DNA of 64,000 nucleotides, taken from positions 2,999 to 66,998 of the forward strand of contig JAAEST010000044.1 of the NCBI GenBank assembly GCA_024229115.1, in the 5' to 3' direction. Below the pieces are notes generated by a model. That model made no database searches. It saw only the letters and a program-made list of their open reading frames with translations, and was not told the DNA's origin. Within the stretch, counting starts at the first letter, position 1. Every line of letters starts with the position of its first letter. This stretch comes from Oligoflexia bacterium (lineage in GTDB: Bacteria; Bdellovibrionota; Bacteriovoracia; Bacteriovoracales; Bacteriovoracaceae). Shown in pieces: positions 27,520 through 36,376 of this stretch. The position numbers and the translations under genes were made by a program.

Positions 27520-28802
27520 GGACGAACCTCTCCTTTACCATCCCTGAAATGTATTTCTAATTTATCATTTTCAGTTAGATTATTAAAATCTTTCTGGTTA
27601 GAAATTACATTTTGACCTTCTTTGGTCCTAACATAGGAATATCCTCGCTCAAGTACATTATTTGGATCGAGAACTTTTAAAACATGATTATTTCTTTCTA
27701 ATTTATCTGATAATTCTTTTAATCTTTTCGGAAGACTATCCTTCAATTGAGTTGAACAATCTTCTAGCCTCATTAACTTTTCATGGTAGCCAGTCAACTC
27801 TACTAAACGATTATCCAATCGACATTCTCCTAAGCGATCTTTAAGCTCCCCTAGTCTTTGATAAAAAATCCCTAGAAGTTTTTCAGGGCTTAATGGAGCC
27901 ACTTTCTCTCTCATTTCTCCTAAAATGGAATCGCCATAGTAGGATAATATTTTCTTATTACTCTCTAGTTTGGATAGTAAGGTATTCTGAGTATTAGATA
28001 ATATTTCTGCTGCCGCAGAAGGAGTTTCACATCGAAGATCTGCCACCATATCTGATATTGAGAAATCAACTTCGTGTCCTACAGCAGAAATAATAGGAAT
28101 AGGACAATTATAAATATCCCAAGCAAGAGCTTCATCATTAAAGGCCCATAAGTCTTCTAATGAACCTCCCCCTCTAGTAAGAACAATAACGTCAAACTTC
28201 TTATCTTCTGTTGCTTGAAGATGGTATTTAATTGCCTTTGTTAAAGCATGGCGAATTGACTCAGGAGCCCTATCACCCTGTACAAGTGCGGGTATAACTA
28301 CCACATCCATCCATAATGATCTTCGAGATGTAACTTGAAGAAAGTCTTGTAGAGCTGCACCATGTTCAGCAGTAATAACTGCAATTCTTTTAGGAAGTGT
28401 GGGAATAGAAACTTTATGATCGATATCAAAAAGACCTTCTCCCGCTAATCTCTTTTTTAAAATTTCAAATTGTTCTTTAAGGTCACCTTTTCCAACAGGA
28501 GCAATTGACTTAACAACTAACTGAAAAGTACCTCTCTTAGCGTAGACCCCAATCGGTCCACTACAGATAACTTTGTCTCCATCCTTGATATTTTTAATCG
28601 CTGGATTTCTAAAAGCATCCATCTTAAAGAGGGCACAACTTAAAGCGGCCTGAGAATCAGAAAGAGTAAAATAAACATGGCCAGTGGCACTACGAGATAG
28701 GTTAGTCACCTCTCCCGCAACTGAGATATTTCTGAAAGAACCTTCAATTAAATTTTTAACTTTTCCGATGACTTGAGCAACGGACGGGGTCGCATTTCGC
28801 AT
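27507..28802 (-). CDS. xseA: Exodeoxyribonuclease VII large subunit
   Basis: N-terminal OB fold (ISVAGEVTNLSRSATGHVYFTLSD), a central catalytic region (VVLTRGGGSLEDLWAFNDE), and a coiled-coil tail. Confidence 0.9.
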   Translation of the reverse strand: MRNATPSVAQVIGKVKNLIEGSFRNISVAGEVTNLSRSATGHVYFTLSDSQAALSCALFKMDAFRNPAIKNIKDGDKVICSGPIGVYAKRGTFQLVVKSIAPVGKGDLKEQFEILKKRLAGEGLFDIDHKVSIPTLPKRIAVITAEHGAALQDFLQVTSRRSLWMDVVVIPALVQGDRAPESIRHALTKAIKYHLQATEDKKFDVIVLTRGGGSLEDLWAFNDEALAWDIYNCPIPIISAVGHEVDFSISDMVADLRCETPSAAAEILSNTQNTLLSKLESNKKILSYYGDSILGEMREKVAPLSPEKLLGIFYQRLGELKDRLGECRLDNRLVELTGYHEKLMRLEDCSTQLKDSLPKRLKELSDKLERNNHVLKVLDPNNVLERGYSYVRTKEGQNVISNQKDFNNLTENDKLEIHFRDGKGEVRPCRQ

Positions 28803-28848
28803 ACCATATTCTAGCGTCCGTTACTTAAGATGCCCAGTAAACTTCTGG

Positions 28849-30228
28849 TTAAGATTTGTCTTTGACCATATGCTCAATAAGCTTGTAACCCTTTAAAAAG
28901 TTTACAGCTCTTAGCACTTGGTAATCTGTGGCAGGGTTATATCTCTTACGACCTTGGTTCTTCTTCTTATCAGAAGAAGTATTCTTTTTACGATTGGCCA
29001 ACTCAATGCGCTTCTTTCTCTCTTCTTTTTCTCTTTTTAAACGCTCTTCTTTTTCTTTCTTGGTTTCAATTGTTGCCGTTAAGTGGTTTCTAAGATCTTT
29101 CTCTCTTACAAAACGACTTGGCTTTTTATTTTCAGCAACCCACTCTGATTCAAACTCATCAATTTCAATATCAGGAGTCACGCCCTTCGCCTGAATCTTA
29201 CGACCAGATGGAGTCATATACTGAGCAATCGTTAACTTCACCGCCTGAACATCGTCAATCTTTGCAACACTTTGAACACTTCCTTTTCCAAATGTCTGTG
29301 TTCCCATAACGACAGCTCTTTTAGAGTCTTGAAGAGCTCCAGCAACAATTTCAGAAGCTGAAGCAGAACCACCATTAACAAGAACAACAACAGGAAGTTC
29401 CGTTTCTTTGAATCCTGATTTTTTTACATAACGAATTTCTTTATGTTTTGGATCCCTTCCTTCAGTCGAAACGACAATTCCATCTTTCATAAAAATACTT
29501 GAGACATCAACCGCTTGATCGAGAAGTCCCCCAGGGTTATTTCTGAGATCGAGAACAATTCCTTTGAGTCCCCCTTTCTTTTTAGACTGGCTTCTTAACT
29601 TTTTTAAGGCCTTAATAAGAGCACTGGTACTATTCTTTTGGAATTGAGTGAGTCTCACATAAGCATAGTGATCTTTAATTAGTTTCGACTTTACTGGTGA
29701 GATTTTAATAATTTGTCTTTTAAGAGTATATCTCTTAACGCCCTCTACACCTGCTCTTAAAATACCAATTGTAATTTTTTGACCAGCTTTCCCTCTCATT
29801 TTGTCGACAGCTTCTTCAAGAGTTAAACCGATGGTTCGATCTCCGTCAATCTCAACAATCTTATCACCGGCCATGAGTCCTGCTTTAAATGCTGGCGTAT
29901 CATCAATCGGAGTCACAATCACGATCACTCCATCTTTTTGCTGAACTTCAATTCCTAAACCACCAAACTCACCTTTTGTATCTTCTTGCATTTTGGCAAA
30001 AACATCTTCATCAAGAAAAGTACTGTGAGGATCTAATGTATTCATCATTCCTCTAATCGCTCCTTGAATAAGCTTTTCGACATCTACATCACGATAATAT
30101 TGGCTTTCAACTAAGAATAGGACTTTATTAAATAGCTCTAGTTTTTCAAATCTAGATTTTTTCTTGGCTGCTCCGACACTGACTGAAACTAAACCCACAA
30201 ATGCGAGTAGCACGATTAATTTTTTCAT
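28849..30228 (-). CDS. ctpA: Carboxy-terminal processing protease (S41)
   Basis: Signal peptide, PDZ domain (GLMAGDKIVEIDG), S41 motif NGGSASASEIVAGALQD, and a basic K/E-rich tail. Confidence 0.9.
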   Translation of the reverse strand: MKKLIVLLAFVGLVSVSVGAAKKKSRFEKLELFNKVLFLVESQYYRDVDVEKLIQGAIRGMMNTLDPHSTFLDEDVFAKMQEDTKGEFGGLGIEVQQKDGVIVIVTPIDDTPAFKAGLMAGDKIVEIDGDRTIGLTLEEAVDKMRGKAGQKITIGILRAGVEGVKRYTLKRQIIKISPVKSKLIKDHYAYVRLTQFQKNSTSALIKALKKLRSQSKKKGGLKGIVLDLRNNPGGLLDQAVDVSSIFMKDGIVVSTEGRDPKHKEIRYVKKSGFKETELPVVVLVNGGSASASEIVAGALQDSKRAVVMGTQTFGKGSVQSVAKIDDVQAVKLTIAQYMTPSGRKIQAKGVTPDIEIDEFESEWVAENKKPSRFVREKDLRNHLTATIETKKEKEERLKREKEERKKRIELANRKKNTSSDKKKNQGRKRYNPATDYQVLRAVNFLKGYKLIEHMVKDKS

Positions 30229-30246
30229 TGATTCCTCTTATATAAA

Positions 30247-31272
30247 TTAAATTTTTGCTAATTTTTCTAATTCTTTCTTATCTAACAAGTAGATCGTATT
30301 TTGAGCTTTGTTTTTCTTTCTTACCTCAAAATAAACTTTTCCAGCTTTTTCTCCAGTGACTTTAGTTTCACCTACAATATCACCTACTTTAAGCACCTGA
30401 TTTTTGCGAACACTTGGAGTAAACTCTCCTAGGAAAACAGAACGGGTTTCTTTTCCATGATCGATCACAACGACATTACCATAGCTCGAAAGTTTCCCAG
30501 TATGGGCAACTCTTCCACCTCTACCTAAACGAATGAAATCTTGTTCATCAAAATGAAATGTTACCCCTTTCTTTCGATATTCAAACTTAGTGAATCTTGT
30601 AATTGGAGTACTAAACATACCGAGTTTTGATCTAAGGCTTTGGCTTTCCTTATTCCTTACTCTTGAAATTTTTATCTGGCTTGATTTCTTTAAAAGCTTT
30701 TTCTGTTCATCTTGAAGATCTAAGTATTTTTCAGCATAGCTCTTCTTTCTTATTTCCATTTCAGACATGGCCGAAAGAAGACTTGATTCAATATTATGAT
30801 ATTCATTAAATCTTTCTTCTAGTTTCGTTAATTCTCTTTTTTGAAGGTTTAACTGAACTAATTTTTGCTTTAGCCCTTTAATCTTTTTCTGAGCAGCCTT
30901 AAGGAGAACTTTTTGTGAATAAAGATCTTGTGCTGACTGATCACCACCAAGAGAGTTGGCTAAAGTAGCTCTCACTAATGAACGAGCTTCCTTTAATTGA
31001 TTATTAACAGCCGTAGTATTATCAAGAACAAGTTGTTTCATTTTATAGATACTTGTTTCAATACTATTTTTTCTCTTAAGTGTTCTCAGATATTTCTTAT
31101 TTGATTTGGCCAATCGACTTTCTAGCATATCAATATTTTTAGAAAGCTTTCCAATTTCTTTTTTATTCTTAGAAATATGTCCTGTGAGCTGCTTATAAGT
31201 TGGGGCAGCACTTTCTATTTGAAAGCTTAAAGCAAGGAAAGTAATAATTGATAATAGTTTTAATTTTCCCAT
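30247..31272 (-). CDS. envC: EnvC-like murein hydrolase activator (coiled coil plus degenerate LytM domain)
   Basis: It has a long coiled coil. The C-terminal LytM-like domain (VVVIDHGKETRSVF) lacks the full set of zinc ligands. It lies downstream of ftsEX. Confidence 0.7.
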   Translation of the reverse strand: MGKLKLLSIITFLALSFQIESAAPTYKQLTGHISKNKKEIGKLSKNIDMLESRLAKSNKKYLRTLKRKNSIETSIYKMKQLVLDNTTAVNNQLKEARSLVRATLANSLGGDQSAQDLYSQKVLLKAAQKKIKGLKQKLVQLNLQKRELTKLEERFNEYHNIESSLLSAMSEMEIRKKSYAEKYLDLQDEQKKLLKKSSQIKISRVRNKESQSLRSKLGMFSTPITRFTKFEYRKKGVTFHFDEQDFIRLGRGGRVAHTGKLSSYGNVVVIDHGKETRSVFLGEFTPSVRKNQVLKVGDIVGETKVTGEKAGKVYFEVRKKNKAQNTIYLLDKKELEKLAKI

Positions 31273-32048
31273 TGATACTTTCTAGAAAAATGAACGACAC
31301 CGATAACAAGTGGTGCGAATAAAAATAGTGTGGCAAAACTAAATTTTCCCACTAATAAATAAAATGAAATAAATGAAGCCACACTAATAACTGAAAATGA
31401 AGCGATAAATGTTTTTAGTGATACATAGCTTCTTCTTTGAAATTGCTCAACAAGGTAGCTAGACTTCTCGAAACTTTCAACCATGAATAAGAAACAGAGA
31501 TACCATAAGGCCAAAATAAGAAATGTTACGATATCCCCACCCCATTTTGAGATGAAGAAAAGAAACTTCTTCGTTTGAACCTTTTCAACAATGGCCTTCA
31601 CTGCCCCCAACGAGACATTATTTTTTCCAACTAATCGAACAAGGTAATCTCTAATGAGTTCCTGTGAACGAGCGCTAAGTCCTGTTGCAAATTCAACTTT
31701 AATCCCGACCATATCAAGGTCAAAAAGAGAAGAATCAAGATTCAGCTGATCTGCTTGAACAATATCTTTGATTTGTTTCTTTATTTCTCTTTGACCAACA
31801 AGATTTACAGCTTTTACTCCTGGCAATCCTTTTAATTTTCTAGATACTCGAGATGAGTTCTGCTCGGCAGAAAGAAGAGCATGAAAATATGGTCCAGTAT
31901 TTTTTTGCTTTAAAACTTGTGTGACATATGAATTAATTTCTTTATTAAAGAAAACACTCATCACAACAGCAAGAGTAAGGAAACAAAAAACTAATCCCCT
32001 AAAAGCTTTAAAAGTAATTACATTAAAGAAATGCTTTAAATAAAACAT
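31260..32048 (-). CDS. ftsX: Cell division permease FtsX-like
   Basis: Four-TM topology with a large first periplasmic loop. It overlaps ftsE upstream and envC downstream by 13 nt each. Confidence 0.7.
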   Translation of the reverse strand: MFYLKHFFNVITFKAFRGLVFCFLTLAVVMSVFFNKEINSYVTQVLKQKNTGPYFHALLSAEQNSSRVSRKLKGLPGVKAVNLVGQREIKKQIKDIVQADQLNLDSSLFDLDMVGIKVEFATGLSARSQELIRDYLVRLVGKNNVSLGAVKAIVEKVQTKKFLFFISKWGGDIVTFLILALWYLCFLFMVESFEKSSYLVEQFQRRSYVSLKTFIASFSVISVASFISFYLLVGKFSFATLFLFAPLVIGVVHFSRKYQWEN

Positions 32049-32773
32049 GCGTGCCCCGAATAAATGATTTTACCTTTATCAATATGAACGATTCGACCGT
32101 TAAACTTTTTAACCAGGTCTTTATTATGACTGGCCCAAATAACAGTCAGTCCTCGCTTCGTATTATATAAATTTAAAATGTCATAAATCTTTTTGGCATT
32201 CTCATAATCAAGAGATGAAGTTGGCTCATCAGCAATGATCACTGAAGGACGACAGAGCATGGCCCTGATGAAAGCAACTTTCTGCTTGAGACCACCATTC
32301 GCATCTTTAATCTTTAGCCCTAGTCTATCTTTAATTCCTAGTACTTCAGCAAACTCCATCATTTCTTTATGAAACTCATTCTTACTACGATAAATTTTTG
32401 GATCATATGAAACCCAAAGATTATCTTCACAAGACTTACGTTCTATAAATCTATGATCTTGAAATATCATGGAAACAAAATTATCAGCACCAGGCCTTTT
32501 AATCTTTCCTTTTGTCAGATCCGTATGACCAGCTAGAAGTTTTAAAAGAGTAGTTTTTCCAGCACCACTTGCCCCTGTTAAAAAGACAATCTCGCCTAAA
32601 GAAACCTTAAATTGAACATTATCCAAGGCCTTTATTTTTCCATATTCTATAGTGGCATCTTGAATAGAGAACAAAGTCCCAATTCCTGAAACACTCTGAT
32701 TTTGAAATTGATTTTTCTTGGCGTTAAATTGCTGTTGCAACATGGTCGACACTTCCTTTCGTCTAATGGTCAA
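32036..32773 (-). CDS. ftsE: Cell division ABC ATPase FtsE
   Basis: Walker A GASGAGKTTLLKLL, Walker B VIIADEPTSSLD, and H-loop WASHN. Confidence 0.85.
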   Translation of the reverse strand: MTIRRKEVSTMLQQQFNAKKNQFQNQSVSGIGTLFSIQDATIEYGKIKALDNVQFKVSLGEIVFLTGASGAGKTTLLKLLAGHTDLTKGKIKRPGADNFVSMIFQDHRFIERKSCEDNLWVSYDPKIYRSKNEFHKEMMEFAEVLGIKDRLGLKIKDANGGLKQKVAFIRAMLCRPSVIIADEPTSSLDYENAKKIYDILNLYNTKRGLTVIWASHNKDLVKKFNGRIVHIDKGKIIYSGHACFI

Positions 32774-32901
32774 ATCTTCCTGATTTGAAGGGGTTAGAAC
32801 CCCAATATCTCCATTAATTTTACCCCATTTTACGGACTGAAGTAAAGTTTGAAGGTCAGATTTAAACTTACAGTGAATGAATTACACATTACCCGAGGCT
32901 A

Positions 32902-34356
32902 TTACTCAATTTTATTGTCCTCAATGATGCCTTCTTTCAGTAATAAATTGTAGGCAGACTCAGAGAGAAAGACATTAGGAATATAATTATTTGTGCTATT
33001 TAGCCTAGAAATCACCGAGTTTTGAATATCGGCGAGAAGTTTTACATCACCATTTTCAAAGCTAATCTTAACAGGATCCCTTTCAAGCAGAACATTAGTA
33101 GAATTATTCTTAACGAGACTCTTCTTTGACTTAACAAATATAATCTCTTTGCTAGGAAGGTCAGGAATAATCCAATCCGACTTACTTCCCTTCTTCTTAA
33201 GAACTTCTTCAATTTCTGCAACTTTCGCCTGAGCTTTTTTTCTTACTCGCTCACTCTCTTTTGGATCATCTTGATTAAGAAGTGTTTGTTTAAGATCTGC
33301 ACAGTAAGCATGTCGAGCTCCACGAGCAAAGAGCAAAGTTTCGGCCATATCTTTTATAGCCGGATCTTTATCTAGCGTTCCATCCATAAAGGTTCTATGA
33401 ACAATTCCCATAAAGTAGCTATCATTGAATCCCCAGAATTTTTCTGGAGACTTAGAAATCATATCCAACAGATCAGAATAACGATAAATCAAACCTTTTT
33501 CTAAGAAATAGAAACAAAGTCTCTGTGCAATTGCATCGTACTTAGCACCTCTAGGACTTCTAATAACTTGTGAATACCAAGAAAATCGAGACATTAAAAA
33601 GTCTTCAATACAATGAAGAGCATTGGCCTTTATCGTCAGGATATCGTGATTTCCTACTCTATGTGGTTTGAAGTGATAGAGAAGATAATCTCTATCATAA
33701 GAACCATATTTAAGTCCGGTATAGTGAGCATCTCTTAAGAGATAGTCCATTCGATCACAATCGATTTCTGAATGAAGAATTTGATTGGCCATGATTGAAG
33801 GATCAACACCCTTTACCAAATCTGAAATATTCTGAGGGTCTAATCCATATTTTTTAAGTATATGAGTGATACCACCAGGGTAATCCGTATTCTTAATAAT
33901 AAATGAACCTAGGTTTTCATGGTCGTCACTAAGACCCTTCCCACCTTTTACATTCGTGGTATCTCCAAATTGAATATAAGCCGCTTCCGTTGTATGAGAA
34001 AAACAAAAAGTCCCAAGGTCATGAAGGAGTGCTCCCATTCTGACGCCCTGATGATACATCTTTTCTTTTGATCTATTGCTCGGATTCATAAGGTCATGAT
34101 CGGAAACTGCTCGACCACAACTTTGGAGAATTTTATGCGCATTGAACATCACTCCAATTGAATGTCCATAACGAGAATGCTCCGCTCCTGGGAAAACATA
34201 GAATGAAAATCCTAATTGCTTAATCCAACGGAGCCTTTGATAAAAAGGACTTCTAACAATTTCACTTTCAACTGGAGTAAGATGGATAAACCCATAGAGA
34301 GGGTCATAGATAACTTGAGTTTTTGTACTCACGTCCTTGTTCGCAGCTTGGTTCAT
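32902..34356 (-). CDS. HD-domain phosphohydrolase, SAMHD1-like (COG1078-type dNTP triphosphohydrolase)
   Basis: IYDPLYGFIHLTP...FYQRLRWIKQLGFSFYVFPGAEHSRYGHSIGV closely parallels the SAMHD1 HD-domain N-terminus. A second motif is GALLHDLG. Confidence 0.8.
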   Translation of the reverse strand: MNQAANKDVSTKTQVIYDPLYGFIHLTPVESEIVRSPFYQRLRWIKQLGFSFYVFPGAEHSRYGHSIGVMFNAHKILQSCGRAVSDHDLMNPSNRSKEKMYHQGVRMGALLHDLGTFCFSHTTEAAYIQFGDTTNVKGGKGLSDDHENLGSFIIKNTDYPGGITHILKKYGLDPQNISDLVKGVDPSIMANQILHSEIDCDRMDYLLRDAHYTGLKYGSYDRDYLLYHFKPHRVGNHDILTIKANALHCIEDFLMSRFSWYSQVIRSPRGAKYDAIAQRLCFYFLEKGLIYRYSDLLDMISKSPEKFWGFNDSYFMGIVHRTFMDGTLDKDPAIKDMAETLLFARGARHAYCADLKQTLLNQDDPKESERVRKKAQAKVAEIEEVLKKKGSKSDWIIPDLPSKEIIFVKSKKSLVKNNSTNVLLERDPVKISFENGDVKLLADIQNSVISRLNSTNNYIPNVFLSESAYNLLLKEGIIEDNKIE

Positions 34357-34366
34357 TTTCTTCCTT

Positions 34367-34400
34367 AAAAACTAAAAAGGCCTTCTTCAATGAAGGCCTT
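34367..34400 (-). terminator. Rho-independent terminator after the 71-aa gene
   Basis: On the minus strand: AAGGCCTTC-attgaa-GAAGGCCTT followed by TTTAGTTTTT. Confidence 0.7.
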
Positions 34401-34412
34401 AAAATTAATTTC

Positions 34413-34628
34413 TTATTGTAAAACTTTTTTGGCTCTTCCTCTTTTCTTAGGAGCAGGTTTAATTTTATCCACTAAGTACTCAAGGGCCATTTTCGCTTCT
34501 CTTCTTAGATCATTTTCATGAACAAATCTGTAGAAAGCTTCTAGTTCATCTGACGTTCTGAAAGACTTAAAATTCTTTCCAGCTTCTGTCTTTGTATTTG
34601 TTTCTTTTACTTTTGCTGTTCTTGGCAT
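34413..34628 (-). CDS. Small basic hypothetical protein with an AT-hook-like tail
   Basis: 71 aa with C-terminus PAPKKRGRAKKVLQ. It has its own terminator. SD GGAGGA precedes the ATG. Confidence 0.5.
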   Translation of the reverse strand: MPRTAKVKETNTKTEAGKNFKSFRTSDELEAFYRFVHENDLRREAKMALEYLVDKIKPAPKKRGRAKKVLQ

Positions 34629-34678
34629 ATATCCTCCGAGGGATTCATTTTACTTACTAAATTACATTTATTCAAATA

Positions 34679-36232
34679 TTACACTTCTTTTGCTTGAATC
34701 ATTCCGTAGCTGTGAAGCTTGTTGTAGAGCGTCTTCACAGTAATTCCTAGAGTTTTAGCAGTCTTAGTCTTGTTTCCACCAAGTCTTTCTAGTGTGTGAC
34801 AGATATGTCTCTTCTCTAATTCATCAAGAGTAAGCTCACCAAATGTAATATTCTCTTCTTTATCTTCGCTCTCACAAGGCTCTGCTTTGAACTCAACAAC
34901 ATGATCAGAGATGTGGTTTTTCTCTACGATCATTCCATCTGAAAGAATGAAAGCTCTTTCAATAATGTTCTGAAGTTCACGAACATTTCCTGGCCAGTTG
35001 TAAGTTTTAAGTGCAGAAATCGCCCCTGGGCTTAGTGATTTCTGCTCGTCTTGTGCACGGCTAGCATTTAAAAAGTGAGTCGCTAGAGTTTCAATATCTT
35101 CTACTCTTTCTCTAAGTGAAGGAACTCTAATGCTCATTGTATTAAGGATAAAATATAGATCTTCTCTAAAATCACCAGACTTAACTTTTTCTGATAACTC
35201 AAGATTTGATGCTGCAACAATTTTTACATCTGATTTAAATGGCTTTTGAGCACCAACTCTATAAGCGGCTTTCTCATTAATCATCGTACAGATTTTTGAT
35301 TGAAGGTGAATTGTAAGTTTCTCAATATTACTTAGAAATACTGTTCCACCATTAGCTATTTCAAAAACACCATTCTTAACATGAATACCATTGAAGTCTA
35401 CAATCTCATGTCCAAATAGTTCTTTTTCTAAACTTAGTTCATCTAAAGAAGAACAGTCTACTGACATAAATGGACGCTTCTTTCTTTCACTTCGACAGTG
35501 AATTCTTCTAGCCACCATTTCTTTTCCAACACCTTTCTCACCTTCAACGAAGAAACATACGTCGATTTGAGAAAGCTTGTCTGCCACTCTCAGAACTTCT
35601 TTCATTGATTCAGACTTTCCTACGATCTCTTTCTCTTCAATTAAATAAGAGTCAGATACTGCGTGTCCTTCACCTTTATTAGCAAGCTCTTTTTCCTTAA
35701 GTTCAATCTTCTTCATAAGAGATTCATTAAGATGCTTTGCTGAAAGGTACATTTTCATATTTGATAGAGGTTGCTTAATTTGCTCTAGAACCTCTTGAAG
35801 TTTTTTAATGTCTTCCATTGAGTATTCGATTTCAGAATCTTTTACTTGGAAGTGTGCTGTCGCAATCACGATCCCTTCGTGAGAGATTGGCATAATTAAT
35901 TCACATTGAATTCCTTCTTCTTTTTGTGAGGCAAAAAGAGGATCTCTTTGTGCACTATTTGAGAAGTATGGACGTCTTGTTTTGATAACATGTCCAGCTG
36001 GTCCGTGTCCTCTATCAAGCTTCGCTGACTTCTTTGCTTTCTTTCCATCGTTTGAAATAAGAACTGCTGAGTTATCATCTCTTACGATATAAATCTTTGA
36101 ATGATCACAAGCAATTTCGTTTTTTAAGAATTTATCTAATGAGCTAAAGAAAAGTTTCTCATCTAAAGTTGTTAACAAGATAGACATTAGCTTTTCAATC
36201 TTTGCTTCTTTTTTAGACACGGCTTGGTTCAT
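34679..36232 (-). CDS. GAF-AAA+-Fis-HTH regulator (bEBP architecture with degenerate sigma-54/ATPase motifs)
   Basis: Walker A GEKGVGKE. ELFGHEIVDFNGI stands in place of ELFGHEKGAFTGA. GGTVFLSNIEKL stands in place of GGTLFLDEI. WPGNVRELQN is present. The HTH is GGNKTKTAKTLGITVKTLYNKL. Confidence 0.8.
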   Translation of the reverse strand: MNQAVSKKEAKIEKLMSILLTTLDEKLFFSSLDKFLKNEIACDHSKIYIVRDDNSAVLISNDGKKAKKSAKLDRGHGPAGHVIKTRRPYFSNSAQRDPLFASQKEEGIQCELIMPISHEGIVIATAHFQVKDSEIEYSMEDIKKLQEVLEQIKQPLSNMKMYLSAKHLNESLMKKIELKEKELANKGEGHAVSDSYLIEEKEIVGKSESMKEVLRVADKLSQIDVCFFVEGEKGVGKEMVARRIHCRSERKKRPFMSVDCSSLDELSLEKELFGHEIVDFNGIHVKNGVFEIANGGTVFLSNIEKLTIHLQSKICTMINEKAAYRVGAQKPFKSDVKIVAASNLELSEKVKSGDFREDLYFILNTMSIRVPSLRERVEDIETLATHFLNASRAQDEQKSLSPGAISALKTYNWPGNVRELQNIIERAFILSDGMIVEKNHISDHVVEFKAEPCESEDKEENITFGELTLDELEKRHICHTLERLGGNKTKTAKTLGITVKTLYNKLHSYGMIQAKEV

Positions 36233-36296
36233 CGTTTATCTCCTAGACAGTAAATAGTGTAATTTTTAGTCGTAACGCTATGCGAAATCTAGATTT

Positions 36297-36325
36297 ATGA
36301 TACAGTGTGTCTGAATTTTTTACAA
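36297..36325 (-). promoter_or_regulatory. Putative sigma-70-type promoter of the GAF-AAA+ regulator
   Basis: On the minus strand: TTGTAA, a 17-nt spacer, then TATCAT, about 60 nt upstream of the ATG at 36232. Confidence 0.35.
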
Positions 36326-36376
36326 GACTAAAATGCTCGGTTGTTCATTTTTTTGACTATTTTTGTGTGATTATAA

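Noticed and set aside
32902-34356. I considered the SAMHD1-like HD dNTPase as an anti-phage nucleotide-depletion defence gene.
   Set aside because: It is a single gene embedded between housekeeping operons (ftsEX and a regulator). It has no mobile-element, restriction or other defence neighbours and no compositional anomaly. COG1078 enzymes are common housekeeping genes, so the claim cannot be supported from sequence.
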